DNA of 64,000 nucleotides from Akkermansia sp. (GTDB lineage Bacteria; Verrucomicrobiota; Verrucomicrobiia; Verrucomicrobiales; Akkermansiaceae), in the NCBI GenBank assembly GCA_017435365.1, contig JAFSFD010000024.1, positions 61,282 through 125,281 on the forward strand, read 5' to 3'. Every line of letters starts with the position of its first letter. Position 1 is the first letter of the stretch. The notes beneath the pieces were generated by a model, which was given only the letters and a program-made list of their open reading frames with translations, ran no database searches and was not told where the DNA came from. A program made the position numbers and the translations under genes. Positions 9,210 through 18,977 of the stretch are shown here, one piece after another.

Positions 9210-9697
9210 ATTTTTTTGTTATGGGCAAGGTAACCCTGGAGCTGACAGAGAGTGAAATGCGCAATCTGACCGAGATTTGCGCCATGTCGCTCACGATGCT
9301 GGGCCAGGCCATGCCCGATGGAAGGAACCCGCGGGCAGACGCCTGGCACAAGTTGCTGGTCGAACTCATCAAGGCGGGACGCACCGTACCCTCCATTGCC
9401 CGGGATATGGAATTGAACCCGGATTGCGGATATTGGTTCTTCAAACGGCCCTATGTGGAGAATGCCTTTTATTCAGATGTGCTGGATGAATACCGGGATG
9501 CCGCTTTCTGGGAAGAGCTGGTGGCCCGCCTGGCAAATCGTTCACTTGTGGAATATTACGGGCAGGACGCCGTGGAAAGCATGAGCCCGGATGAAAGGGC
9601 ATCTCATGCAGCGGCCATGGAGAAAAGCCTGTGGAATGAGGTTACTCGCTACGGGGTGGACAGGTTGCTGTTCATGCTGGCCCCGGAAGACAGCTGA
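9206..9697 (+). CDS. hypothetical protein
   Basis: 163-aa ORF with an ATGA overlap with the sufT-like stop. No recognisable motifs. Confidence 0.5.
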   Translation: MNFFVMGKVTLELTESEMRNLTEICAMSLTMLGQAMPDGRNPRADAWHKLLVELIKAGRTVPSIARDMELNPDCGYWFFKRPYVENAFYSDVLDEYRDAAFWEELVARLANRSLVEYYGQDAVESMSPDERASHAAAMEKSLWNEVTRYGVDRLLFMLAPEDS

Positions 9698-9706
9698 TAG
9701 AAAGAA

Positions 9707-9736
9707 AAAGCCGCGCTTGCATTCAGGCGCGGCTTT
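9707..9736. terminator. bidirectional stem-loop between convergent genes
   Basis: aaagccgcgc-ttgcattcag-gcgcggcttt is a 10-bp perfect stem flanked by A/T runs. It sits between the 9697 (+) and 9740 (-) gene ends. Confidence 0.6.
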
Positions 9737-9739
9737 AGG

Positions 9740-11614
9740 TTATTCTGCCAGAAACTCATCTGCGGTTATACCTGCAGAGCAGGTGGCCGGCTGGTCGCAT
9801 TCTCGGCGGTAGCATGGGTGGCAGGGCACATGCTGCGTGACGGTCTTGTGACCCTCTCCCGGTGGCGCGTACACGGCGGCAAGGCGGCTTGCCATTATCA
9901 CGTTGCAACGGCAGCCTGCCAGCGCAGCCAGTTGCGGCATCAGTCCGTCCACTGCGTAGAGATGGCAGTTCGGGCCGAGCACCTCCGCCACTGTTTCCGG
10001 CTTTACCAGTACGCAGGGGATTCCGAGCTCGGAAGCCATTTTTTCAGCGGCTTCGCCATCGTGTTCAAAGGCAATCAATGAGGTATTGGCGCCCAGCCTC
10101 GAAACCGCTTCCTTCCATTTTTCCTGCGGCCAGCAATCAGCCGCCCCGAGTGATGAGAAGGGCGCAATGAAGTTACCCTCCGCCACGGCGTTGCCGGAGT
10201 CCGGAGCAGCATAAACAGCCTCGTCGGAGGAGATGGCATGCCATTTCAGCAGGGTCAGGAAATCTCTTGTTCTGTGGGCGGGGGCTTCACCTACTTTCAG
10301 AATGCACTTGGCTCGCAACTTCTTGCGGAACGGGCTGGTGGCGAATCCGCTGGCGTACATGGGCATGAGCTCCTGCATATCGCGGAAGACACGGCGGTTC
10401 TCGCTAAGCATGAAGAGTACATCGAATGGCCCGTCCTTGTATACTTCATCTGCATCCAGCTGCTGCAAGGTATTCTCTGTGCTCACGGCATTCGCTATGT
10501 ATTTCTGCGTTTGCCAGAATGCCTGCTGCTCTGCAGGACAGACGACGGTCAGCTGCATATCTTCACGGCTGGCCCGGAGTCCGCGCAGGAAAGGAATGGT
10601 AAGCACGGCTTCCTCGAATTCCTCTGGCAGGCAGATGATGCAGCGGAATGGCAGTTTGAAATTGCTGCGTATGAGTTCTTTCTGTTGCTCCGTCAGCACA
10701 GGGGCAAAGTGCCGGGTGCATTTCCAGCGGTGGTGCATCCAGAAGCCGTCAATGATACTCTCCTTCTGCACCTCTTCCAGCGCCTTGTTGACCTCCAGCG
10801 TGATTTCCGCCAGATCCAGGTCGCCGGCAGGCACTTGAATCTCTCTGCTCAGCACGGCCTCCCATTTGCCTAATCCGGTGTTGCGGGTGGAGACAGCAAA
10901 CAGATGCCCGGTTCCGCGGCAGCGTTTGTAGATGAGTGAGGGCAGAGGTGTGGTGCCTGTCACCTTGCCGAAATATGGCAGGAACAACCCTTGCTGGGTG
11001 AACTGGTCACTCAGCACCCCGAGCATGCCGCCATCCCTGGCAAGCCGGAATACTTCCTTGAGCCCTTTTTTGCTGCTGAACATTTCGCAGCCGAACCTGG
11101 TGCGGCTTTTGTAAACAATGTCCTCCAATACCGGATTATCCAACCGACGGTACATGGAACCAAAGCGCTTGACTCGCGGAAACAGGGGACGGATGCGGGC
11201 CAGTATCTCCCAGTTGCCGGCATGGGGGATGCACCCGATGACGCAGTCGCCACCGGCAGCCTTGTCTTCGAACGATTCGGCACCGACGAGTTTGACGGCA
11301 CGATCAAGTTCCTTATCAGTCATGAGACCGGTCTTGAAAGTGCATGCCATGTTCATCGTAGTACGCACAATGTTGCGGCGCACAAGTGCTGATAACTTGG
11401 CTCCCCGGAGCATCGGGTCAACAACGATGCGCATGTTGCGTGCCACAATGCGCCTGCGCCCGGGCATGACCGCCCAGACGATATAGCCGACACAGCGCCC
11501 GAATACTGCAACAACCCGTATATCCAGCACGCGGAGAATGCCGCAGAAAATCCGGTAGGCAAGGCCCCCCAGTTTCTGCGAGACAGTTGCTTCAGTGGGT
11601 GTATCGGAGCTCAT
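9740..11614 (-). CDS. fusion protein: LpxL/HtrB-type lipid A (Kdo2-lipid IVA) acyltransferase N-domain + GT9 heptosyltransferase-like C-domain
   Basis: N-half: ...RRRIVARNMRIV..., catalytic-type IPHAGNWE, and GVLSDQ (the expected late-acyltransferase motifs). C-half: GT9-like ...YAVDGLMPQLAALAGC..., ending in CHPCYRRECDQPATC. Confidence 0.72.
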   Translation of the reverse strand: MSSDTPTEATVSQKLGGLAYRIFCGILRVLDIRVVAVFGRCVGYIVWAVMPGRRRIVARNMRIVVDPMLRGAKLSALVRRNIVRTTMNMACTFKTGLMTDKELDRAVKLVGAESFEDKAAGGDCVIGCIPHAGNWEILARIRPLFPRVKRFGSMYRRLDNPVLEDIVYKSRTRFGCEMFSSKKGLKEVFRLARDGGMLGVLSDQFTQQGLFLPYFGKVTGTTPLPSLIYKRCRGTGHLFAVSTRNTGLGKWEAVLSREIQVPAGDLDLAEITLEVNKALEEVQKESIIDGFWMHHRWKCTRHFAPVLTEQQKELIRSNFKLPFRCIICLPEEFEEAVLTIPFLRGLRASREDMQLTVVCPAEQQAFWQTQKYIANAVSTENTLQQLDADEVYKDGPFDVLFMLSENRRVFRDMQELMPMYASGFATSPFRKKLRAKCILKVGEAPAHRTRDFLTLLKWHAISSDEAVYAAPDSGNAVAEGNFIAPFSSLGAADCWPQEKWKEAVSRLGANTSLIAFEHDGEAAEKMASELGIPCVLVKPETVAEVLGPNCHLYAVDGLMPQLAALAGCRCNVIMASRLAAVYAPPGEGHKTVTQHVPCHPCYRRECDQPATCSAGITADEFLAE

Positions 11615-11623
11615 GGGGAGACT

Positions 11624-12025
11624 TTAGTTGATAGTCAAGAAGCGGGGTACGTAAAACGGCTTGCGGGTGTAGGGATCCCATACCTTGTCGCCCACCTTGC
11701 TGTTCTTGTAATCAAGCTGGTAGTGCGGTTCGTACGGAGAGACCAGTATGTCTGCAAACTCACAGGGCAGACCGTAGGGCAGACCGTCATCGGCATATTC
11801 AACCCGTCCGTTCAGATGCCCTGAAGGCGGCAGGTCATAGGGGTTCACCTTAATCCACTTCTCACTGGCAGGCTTGCCATCAACATCCGCAATGACATGG
11901 GGTGGGCGTTCGCCGGGGTATGTGTCGCGGATGAAATTACTGGCTATCTGCTGGAAAATACAGGAGCTGAGACTCAGGGTGCAGAATGCTGCTGCGAGTG
12001 GCAGAATCAGGCGGCGTGCGTTCAT
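11624..12025 (-). CDS. hypothetical lipoprotein
   Basis: The internal ATG at 12025 gives MNARRLILPLAAAFCTLSLSSC (lipobox). The longer track ORF would overlap the upstream gene. Confidence 0.5.
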   Translation of the reverse strand: MNARRLILPLAAAFCTLSLSSCIFQQIASNFIRDTYPGERPPHVIADVDGKPASEKWIKVNPYDLPPSGHLNGRVEYADDGLPYGLPCEFADILVSPYEPHYQLDYKNSKVGDKVWDPYTRKPFYVPRFLTIN

Positions 12026-12050
12026 GATGATATAATAGTGGTGTTTTGAT

Positions 12051-12884
12051 TTAAGAATTCTGATAAGGGACGAGTCGCACACGGTTTTCGTTGCCATTTT
12101 GTCCCTTGGAGAAGTACGGGCAGTAACCGTGCTCCTCGATGAGAGAGGCTATTTCCGGATAACAGTCTATGAGCGTGCGCAGCGCAGGCGTCAGCATGCT
12201 GACATGGCGATCAGGAATACCGAATTGACCGATATTGCCACCGTGGGGGACATTCCCGCTCAACGGCGCAGCTCCTTTGTATTCCACTTTCAGCACAGGC
12301 CGACCGTGTTCTGTTTCCTGCCTGAATGTAAGGTTGACGGATGTGGTCTGGTGGATATTGGCCCCTATCATGCGGTCAATCACCAGCTCTGCATAACCAT
12401 CGTGAATGCGTAAACCAACGCCATGACCATGAGTGATGATGGAGAAAATCCCCGTCTGCCGTATGCGGCAGGTTTCTTTCAGATACCTGTTTAACTCAGC
12501 CTCTGTGAAGCTGATTTCCCGCCCATTGGCATTGCGGAGAAGGGCCGCTATATCGCGAGCGCTTCCGTTGTCCGAATAGCCGGCTATATCCCGCATGTTC
12601 TGAGGTGTCCACATGCGGATGACTGCGCTCACCAGCACTGCCGTAAAGCTCAGGAACACAATGACTGCGAGAATGCTCCAGAAATTGAACCGACGCCAGA
12701 GGTCCGACAGGAAATTCTGATGCTCCGGCTGCGTGCCTGTCTCTTCTTCCTCGCCGGGCTGACCAAAAAAGGCGCTTTTGGTCACATCCACGCTCTGTTC
12801 TTCATTGCTGAACAGAAACCCCCAGATGGAAGTGTCTTCCTCTGGTCGCTGTTTGGTCCGCTTTCTGTTGTTAGAGCCGGGCAT
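12051..12884 (-). CDS. hypothetical single-pass membrane protein
   Basis: 277-aa ORF with an acidic/basic N-tail and then one TM helix (FWSILAVIVFLSFTAVLVSAVI). No known motif. Confidence 0.5.
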   Translation of the reverse strand: MPGSNNRKRTKQRPEEDTSIWGFLFSNEEQSVDVTKSAFFGQPGEEEETGTQPEHQNFLSDLWRRFNFWSILAVIVFLSFTAVLVSAVIRMWTPQNMRDIAGYSDNGSARDIAALLRNANGREISFTEAELNRYLKETCRIRQTGIFSIITHGHGVGLRIHDGYAELVIDRMIGANIHQTTSVNLTFRQETEHGRPVLKVEYKGAAPLSGNVPHGGNIGQFGIPDRHVSMLTPALRTLIDCYPEIASLIEEHGYCPYFSKGQNGNENRVRLVPYQNS

Positions 12885-12966
12885 GCTGCACTACCGATGT
12901 ATTATAGCCCTTTTTCCCGTAAAGAAAAGGAAAAAACAAGATGCAGACACCAATTTATGAGCGCAA

Positions 12967-13902
12967 TCAGGCCTGCTGAAGGGCCCAGCGCAGGTATTTG
13001 AGCGATTCGCCCCAGATTTTGCGGCTGGTGCTGCCCAGCACCACCACAATGACGGCGCGACCATTGGCCGAGGCACAGGAAATAAGACATTTTCCTGCCA
13101 GATTTGTGTAGCCTGTCTTCATGCCTTGCACCCAGGGATGGGAGGTGAGCAGCCTGTTCGTGGAGCGAATCATGCGAACAGAACCGTTGTTCCGGCGGAA
13201 CTCATAGGCAGGTATGTTAATCATGCTGCGAATGGTTCGGTTATTATAGGCATAGCAGGCGGCCAGAGCCATATCATATGCAGTGGAATACTGCTGAGCA
13301 GGCAGGCCATTCGGATTTTCAAAGTGGGTATTGTACATGCGCATGCGTCTGGCGCGTGCGTTCATGCGGGCAACGAATGCCTCCACGCTGCCGGCACAAT
13401 CGCGCGCCAGTGAGACCGCAACGTCATTGTAACTGCCTGTGAGCATGGCCTGCAGCAGCTCCCTGCGCGTGTACTGCTCGCCGGCGCGCAGATTCAGGCG
13501 GATGGGGGGAGCCAGTCGGTCTGAGGCTTTGATGGTTACCATTTTGTCCAGGTCCCCGGTATCGCACACGCAGAGCGCCGTGATGATTTTCTGGGTGCTG
13601 GCCACCTGGCGGCGGGTGTTGGCATTGTAGCCGTAAAGAATATTGCCGTTGTATGGGTCAATCACGCAGACTGCGGCGCAATTGGGCTGGGGTGCCGGTG
13701 TGACTGGGGTGCGCAGGGGGCGCGAGGGATTGAGCTGGCTTGCATAGGGACGCCGCACGTAGCGTGCCTCGCTGGGAACAGGCGCAGGTCTGTGGCCGGA
13801 AACCGGCTGCTTCTGACTGAACGGAGACGAGAGCGCACCGGAAGCCGGCGCGGTGGTGAAAACGAGCGTGCAGAGCGTCAGTATGGCGGCAATAAAACGC
13901 AT
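12967..13902 (-). CDS. D-alanyl-D-alanine carboxypeptidase (S11 low-MW PBP)
   Basis: Signal peptide plus SxxK (ASTQKI), SxN (SYND) and KTG (MKTGYT) motifs in the canonical order. Confidence 0.85.
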   Translation of the reverse strand: MRFIAAILTLCTLVFTTAPASGALSSPFSQKQPVSGHRPAPVPSEARYVRRPYASQLNPSRPLRTPVTPAPQPNCAAVCVIDPYNGNILYGYNANTRRQVASTQKIITALCVCDTGDLDKMVTIKASDRLAPPIRLNLRAGEQYTRRELLQAMLTGSYNDVAVSLARDCAGSVEAFVARMNARARRMRMYNTHFENPNGLPAQQYSTAYDMALAACYAYNNRTIRSMINIPAYEFRRNNGSVRMIRSTNRLLTSHPWVQGMKTGYTNLAGKCLISCASANGRAVIVVVLGSTSRKIWGESLKYLRWALQQA

Positions 13903-13910
13903 GGCGCATG

Positions 13911-13939
13911 AGTCTATGCCACCCCCACTGCTTTTGCAA
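13911..13939 (-). promoter_or_regulatory. promoter of the carboxypeptidase gene (TTGCAA-17-TAGACT, 8 nt before ATG)
   Basis: The minus strand reads TTGCAAaagcagtgggggtggcaTAGACTcatgcgccATG. Confidence 0.4.
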
Positions 13940-13952
13940 GTCTAAAGTGCGT

Positions 13953-15083
13953 TCATACCCTGGTGCTGAAACGGCCGCCGGGCAGGGGGATGATGCGGCG
14001 TTCAATCTGTAAACGCATGAGCAGCGGGGTGATGGTGTGTGCACCTTTGCCCAGCACCGGACAGAGCTTATCCAGCGTGTCATGCCCGGCCTGGATGGCT
14101 TGCAACAGCTCCACCGCGTCATCACCTGATACGGGCTGACGCACGGGGGCTGCCTTTTCCTCTGCCGGTGCAGGGAATAATTCCATTTGCCGATGCGTTT
14201 GCAGCCACTGCATGTCGGCCATTAATTCCCGTGGAGAAGTGCAGAGGGTTGCGCCATCGCGTATCAGCTCGTGGCAACCACTGGAGCTGAATTGATTAAT
14301 GGGGCCGGGAATGGCGAACACGCTGTTGCCGTAGTCCGCGGCTGCCATGCTTGCCGTGTGTAAAGAACCGCTGCGTGTGGGAGCTTCCACTACCAGGGTG
14401 GCGCGGCTCCAGGCTGCCACAATCCGGTTCCGCTGGGGAAATGTGGTGCGGCTGGGCCGCATGTGCATGGGAAACTCGCTTACCACGGCACCGTGCCCGT
14501 CGCAGATACAGCGGGCGAGTTCGGCATTTTCCTCGGGGTACATCCCGGCCAGGCCGAATCCCAGCACGGCCAGGGTGCGGCCGCCGGCATCCAATGCGCC
14601 CCAGTGGGCTGCCGTGTCAATGCCTCTCGCGAGTCCGGAGATGATGGTGCAGCCTGCATCTGCCAGTTCGCGACCGAAGCGCCGGGCCGTGGTCATGCCA
14701 TATGGGGTTGCCTGGCGCGTACCGACAATGGCCACACTGCAATCACTGTCGGAGTTGAGCCAGTTGCCCCGTACATACAGGACGATGGGCGGGTCGCTCA
14801 TGCGGCGCAGAAAATCCGGGTAATCGGCGTCTGTGAGGGTGACTACCCGCACCCCGTAATCCGCTGCACATTGAAGTTCTGCCTGCACGTTGGTGCAGTT
14901 TCTCCAGTCTGCAATGGCAGCGGCCAGTTTGCTGCCGATGCGCGGCACCATGGCCAGCATCTTTTCCGGAGCACTGAGCACAAGCTCGGCACTGCCGAAA
15001 AATTCCAGCAGTGCCTGAATCCTCATTGAACCGAGGCCGGGAATGAGGTTGAGCGTGATAAGTGCTTCCTGGGGCGAGAGCAT
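13953..15083 (-). CDS. dprA: DNA-processing protein DprA (Smf)
   Basis: N-terminal SAM-like segment (LNLIPGLGSMRIQALLEFFGS) and a Rossmann core with GLARGIDTAAHWGAL. 376 aa. Confidence 0.9.
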   Translation of the reverse strand: MLSPQEALITLNLIPGLGSMRIQALLEFFGSAELVLSAPEKMLAMVPRIGSKLAAAIADWRNCTNVQAELQCAADYGVRVVTLTDADYPDFLRRMSDPPIVLYVRGNWLNSDSDCSVAIVGTRQATPYGMTTARRFGRELADAGCTIISGLARGIDTAAHWGALDAGGRTLAVLGFGLAGMYPEENAELARCICDGHGAVVSEFPMHMRPSRTTFPQRNRIVAAWSRATLVVEAPTRSGSLHTASMAAADYGNSVFAIPGPINQFSSSGCHELIRDGATLCTSPRELMADMQWLQTHRQMELFPAPAEEKAAPVRQPVSGDDAVELLQAIQAGHDTLDKLCPVLGKGAHTITPLLMRLQIERRIIPLPGGRFSTRV

Positions 15084-15093
15084 GCAGCGGGGG

Positions 15094-15987
15094 TTAGCGC
15101 TCTACCGTGAAGTCAAGCCCCAGATCCAGCGAGGGCACAGAGTGCGTGAGACAGCCGAAGCTCATGAAATCCACGCCGGTTTCAGCAGCGGCCGGAGCCG
15201 TGGCCAGGGTGAGCCCGCCGGAAGCCTCGAAGTAAGGCTTGCAGTTCTGGCCGCGCATTTCCACGGCCTTGCGCATGTCATCGTTGCTCATGTTGTCCAG
15301 CAGGATGTAGTCAACTCCTTCCAGCTTCAGGAAGGCTTCTACCTGCTGCAGGTTATCGGCTTCCAGCTGCACTTCCACGCCGGGGCGCTCGCTCTTGAGC
15401 TTGTCGATGCAGGCCTGGAGGTGGTCAGTATTGCCATCGGTCATCAGGTGGTTATCTTTGACCATGGCGCGGTCATAGAGACCGAGGCGGTGGTTGTTGC
15501 CGCCGCCGTGCACCACGGCTGCTTTCTCCAGCAGGCGGTAGCCGGGGGTGGTCTTGCGGGTGTCCAGCAGCTTGCACTCCGTGTGCGCAATGGCCTTCAC
15601 ATACTTGTGGGTCATGCTGGCCACACCGGAGAGACGCTGGATGAAATTCAAAGCGGTGCGCTCTGCTCCCAGAATGGACTGGGCCTTGCCCTCAATCATC
15701 ATGACCACGGCTCCGGGAGAAACTTCATCGCCGTCATTCAGATATACTTCAACCTTCAGCGTGGGGTCTACGGCCTTGAACACAGCTTTCGCCACGTTCA
15801 CGCCGGAAAGCACGCCCTGGGTGCGCGGGCGGAGCAGGGCACGCGCCTGCAGTTCTGCGGGTACGAAATAGAGAGAGGTTACGTCTCCATCGCCAAAATC
15901 TTCTTCCAGCGCCAGTTTGATAAGCGCTTCCATGTTGTCCGATACCTTAGTGTGGCTCATGCCGCCCATGATAGTACCCCCGCGCAT
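15094..15987 (-). CDS. nadC: nicotinate-nucleotide diphosphorylase (quinolinate phosphoribosyltransferase)
   Basis: LLDTRKTTPGYRLLEKAAVVHGGGNNHRLGLYDRAMVKDNH and LLDNM motifs. The exact start is uncertain (15987, 15969 or 15960). Confidence 0.9.
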   Translation of the reverse strand: MRGGTIMGGMSHTKVSDNMEALIKLALEEDFGDGDVTSLYFVPAELQARALLRPRTQGVLSGVNVAKAVFKAVDPTLKVEVYLNDGDEVSPGAVVMMIEGKAQSILGAERTALNFIQRLSGVASMTHKYVKAIAHTECKLLDTRKTTPGYRLLEKAAVVHGGGNNHRLGLYDRAMVKDNHLMTDGNTDHLQACIDKLKSERPGVEVQLEADNLQQVEAFLKLEGVDYILLDNMSNDDMRKAVEMRGQNCKPYFEASGGLTLATAPAAAETGVDFMSFGCLTHSVPSLDLGLDFTVER

Positions 15988-16052
15988 GATTGTAAAGGAT
16001 GAAATGCGTTATTTTGCAGACGGAAAAAGCGTGTCGGTTGCGTAAAAACAGC

Positions 16053-16081
16053 TTGCAAGGTCACTCCGGTAGACGTAGAAT
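16053..16081 (+). promoter_or_regulatory. promoter of Sel1-repeat gene (TTGCAA-17-TAGAAT, 6 nt before ATG)
   Basis: TTGCAAggtcactccggtagacgTAGAATgagtgaATG. Confidence 0.5.
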
Positions 16082-16087
16082 GAGTGA

Positions 16088-17449
16088 ATGAAGCCGTTCC
16101 TTTATTTCCTTCCCCTGGCCCTGTGCCCGCTTGCGCTCCACGCAGCAGATGCCGAATCCGCCTGCATGGCGGCGTTGGATGCCGTCAAAAGTTCACAGTC
16201 TGAGCATCTGGGGCCTGTTATCACGGCAGTGATGGAGGCCAGCGGTGGTGATGAGCGGATATACAGCAAAGTGATGAAGAAAGCGGCAGATGCTGGCCAC
16301 CCCGTTGCGCTCACCTGGCTGTCGCGGCAGTCGCTCCAGCAGCTGCGCTATCAGGGTGTCAATCCGGAAACTGCTCCGGAGGCTGTCCGTCTCCGCTCCG
16401 TCATGGAGCAGGCCGCCTCGCAGGGCTATATCCCGGCGGTGGTGGAGATGTCGCATTATTGCGGCAGTGGTGTGGGCGCCCCAGCCGATGAACAGGCCGG
16501 GATGAAGTACCTGATGCAGGCATGCAAAGCGAACAGCATGCGCGCCCGCGCTGCATATCTGCTGCTGTCCGGGCGTCTGGAGAAAGGCGGCGACAAGGAT
16601 GCCGCTGTGGCGGCTGAACTGAAACGCCGGAACTTTTATGTGGAAGAATTCCTGGCGGCTCTGACCGCTGCGACGGATGCCGCCAAAAGTCAGGAGTGGC
16701 TGCATCTGGCTGCTTCACACGGCAGCCCCGGCGCCGCTTGTACGCTCGGCCTGCACTACCTGCAGGAGGGAAAGGATGCCATGGGCTATGAGTTCCTGAA
16801 GCTGGCCGCAGACCGCGACCATCCGGAAGCGCTGGCGCAACTGGCAGCCCTCATGCTGCCGGATGCCGAGCTCAGCCCCGGCCTGCAGCCCCTGATTCAG
16901 AAGGATAATGAAGCCGCCATCCGCCTGTTCCGCAGGGCGGTTCTCCTGGGGTTCCCCCGCGCCCTGATTCCGCTTGCTGGCGAATACCACAAGCAGCCTG
17001 AGAAATACTCCGCCGACCGTGTTTTTGAGCTCTACCGCCAGGCTGCGGATGCTGGCGACCCGCGCGGCGGGGTGGCTTATGCCTATTGCCTGGTAGAGGG
17101 GCGTGGTTGTGCCCCTGAGACAGAACGCGGCCTGCGTATTCTGAATCAGCTGGTGGATGCCGGTGTGCCCTTTGCGAATATGGCTCTGGCAGATTTGTAT
17201 TTCAACGGTACCGGAGTGCCGGCGGATATGGGCAAGGCCATTCGTTGCCTGACGTCTGCCGCCAGTGTGGGGGTGCCGCAGTGTTACACGCTCATGGCTG
17301 TGATTTCCCAGCTTGGCAATGCTTCCAAACCTTCAGACCCCGCCCGCGCCAGAGTTTACCTGCGCATGGCGGAGGAACGTGGCGAACTGGCTGCGCAGCA
17401 GGCATTCGACACGATGGTGCAGGCCGGAGCCTGGAAGTTTATGCCTTGA
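16088..17449 (+). CDS. exported Sel1-like (SLR/TPR-family) repeat protein
   Basis: Signal peptide (LALCPLALHAADA) and repeated ~36-aa units of A..G...A...LG.cY..G type (AADAGHPVALTWL; AASQGYIPAVVEM; AASHGSPGAACTLGLHYLQG; AADAGDPRGGVAYAYCLVEGRG). Confidence 0.85.
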   Translation: MKPFLYFLPLALCPLALHAADAESACMAALDAVKSSQSEHLGPVITAVMEASGGDERIYSKVMKKAADAGHPVALTWLSRQSLQQLRYQGVNPETAPEAVRLRSVMEQAASQGYIPAVVEMSHYCGSGVGAPADEQAGMKYLMQACKANSMRARAAYLLLSGRLEKGGDKDAAVAAELKRRNFYVEEFLAALTAATDAAKSQEWLHLAASHGSPGAACTLGLHYLQEGKDAMGYEFLKLAADRDHPEALAQLAALMLPDAELSPGLQPLIQKDNEAAIRLFRRAVLLGFPRALIPLAGEYHKQPEKYSADRVFELYRQAADAGDPRGGVAYAYCLVEGRGCAPETERGLRILNQLVDAGVPFANMALADLYFNGTGVPADMGKAIRCLTSAASVGVPQCYTLMAVISQLGNASKPSDPARARVYLRMAEERGELAAQQAFDTMVQAGAWKFMP

Positions 17450-17510
17450 TTCCCGCTTGCAGGCGGTGTTAATGCGCCCGCTTGACATTTCCATAAACGG
17501 GCGCAGGCAT

Positions 17511-18917
17511 TCAGCAGCTCACAGTGGAGTTCAGCTTGGCCACGGATATCTCGCCCTGGTGGGTTTCCTGCAGGGCTTCGAGCATGGCGTCGGCGCATTC
17601 CTTTTCTCCATGCACCAGGTAGACCTTGGATTTGCGTCCGCCGGTGCGCTTGAAGTAGCCAAGCAGCTCATCATGATCGGCATGGCCGGAGAAGGAATCC
17701 AGCGACTCGATGCGGGCCCGCACCGGGTACAGGTCGCCCAGGATGCGAACCTCCAGTGCGCCGTTCAGGATGCGGCGTCCCAGGGTATTGGCAGCACAGT
17801 AGCCCACGAAGAGCACGGTGTTGTTCGGGCGGCCGATTCCGTTCTTGAGGTGGTGCAGAATGCGGCCGGCTTCGCACATGCCGGATGCGGAGATGATGAT
17901 GGCGTTCTCACGCAGGTTGTTCAACCTTTGTGATTCAGAGATGCTGCGCACCATGTGCAGCTGTTCGAACTGGAAGGGGTCGCGCTCTGCAAAGAGGAAA
18001 TCATATACCTCCTTGTTGAAGCATTCCGGGTGGATGCGGAAGATTTCCGTGGCACTCACCGCCATGGGGCTGTCCACATACACCTGGTAATTCGGCAGCC
18101 GGCCCTCCTTGTATGCCCGGTTCAGCAGATAGAGCAACTGCTGCGTGCGCTCAACCGCAAATGAGGGGATGTACACATTGCCGCCGCGCTTCAGAGCCTC
18201 GCGGATGGTGCGGCAGAACGTCTCATCATCGCGGCTGGGGGCTTCGTGGTAGCGCCCGCCGTAGGTGCATTCCATCAGCATGATATCCACGTCCGGCACC
18301 GGCACCGGATCCCGAAGCAATTCATTGTTGCCGCGTCCCACATCGCCCGAGAACAGCAGGCGTTTGTGCTGCCCGTCCTCCTCATCGTCAATATCCAGCA
18401 CTATCTGGGCGGCGCCCAGTATATGGCCGGCATCGTAGAAGGTGAGTGTTACCCCGGGCAGAATCGGGAAGGGGATTTCATAGCCGATATTGATGAATCT
18501 GCGCAGGCAGAGCTCGGCATCCTGTTCCGTGTAGATGACCTCTGCCACCTTGCCGCTGCCGCCTTTGCGTGCGCTCATCTTGTTCATGAACTTGCAGTCG
18601 CTCTCCTGGATGCGGGCGGAGTCTGCCAGCATCACCTGGCACAGGTCGCGTGTGGCGTGGGTGCTGTATATGAACCCCTCGTATCCCTTCTTCACCAGGT
18701 TCGGCAGGTTGCCGGAGTGGTCGATGTGGGCGTGCGAAAGCACCACGCAATCTATTTCAGCGGGGTTGAAGTAGGGGAACTCCCGGTTGATGCGAAGCTG
18801 ATCTTCGCGGTGGCCCTGGTACATGCCACAATCCAGGAGGATTTTCCTGCCGTTCACTTCCAGCAGATGCTGGGAACCGGTGGTCGTTTCAGCTGCTCCA
18901 CAAAAATGAATTTTCAT
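17511..18917 (-). CDS. MBL-fold / beta-CASP ribonuclease (RNA-specificity-domain family)
   Basis: HxHxDH motif (LSHAHIDHSGNL), a beta-CASP middle region and C-terminal SFSGHADHDEL. 468 aa. Confidence 0.85.
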   Translation of the reverse strand: MKIHFCGAAETTTGSQHLLEVNGRKILLDCGMYQGHREDQLRINREFPYFNPAEIDCVVLSHAHIDHSGNLPNLVKKGYEGFIYSTHATRDLCQVMLADSARIQESDCKFMNKMSARKGGSGKVAEVIYTEQDAELCLRRFINIGYEIPFPILPGVTLTFYDAGHILGAAQIVLDIDDEEDGQHKRLLFSGDVGRGNNELLRDPVPVPDVDIMLMECTYGGRYHEAPSRDDETFCRTIREALKRGGNVYIPSFAVERTQQLLYLLNRAYKEGRLPNYQVYVDSPMAVSATEIFRIHPECFNKEVYDFLFAERDPFQFEQLHMVRSISESQRLNNLRENAIIISASGMCEAGRILHHLKNGIGRPNNTVLFVGYCAANTLGRRILNGALEVRILGDLYPVRARIESLDSFSGHADHDELLGYFKRTGGRKSKVYLVHGEKECADAMLEALQETHQGEISVAKLNSTVSC

Positions 18918-18925
18918 TACTTTGT

Positions 18926-18954
18926 ACTATAACCCGAATATTCAAGATTTTCAA
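18926..18954 (-). promoter_or_regulatory. promoter of beta-CASP RNase gene (TTGAAA-17-TATAGT, 8 nt before ATG)
   Basis: The minus strand reads TTGAAAatcttgaatattcgggtTATAGTacaaagtaATG. Confidence 0.5.
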
Positions 18955-18977
18955 GCAAAAAGCACAAAATAATCATG

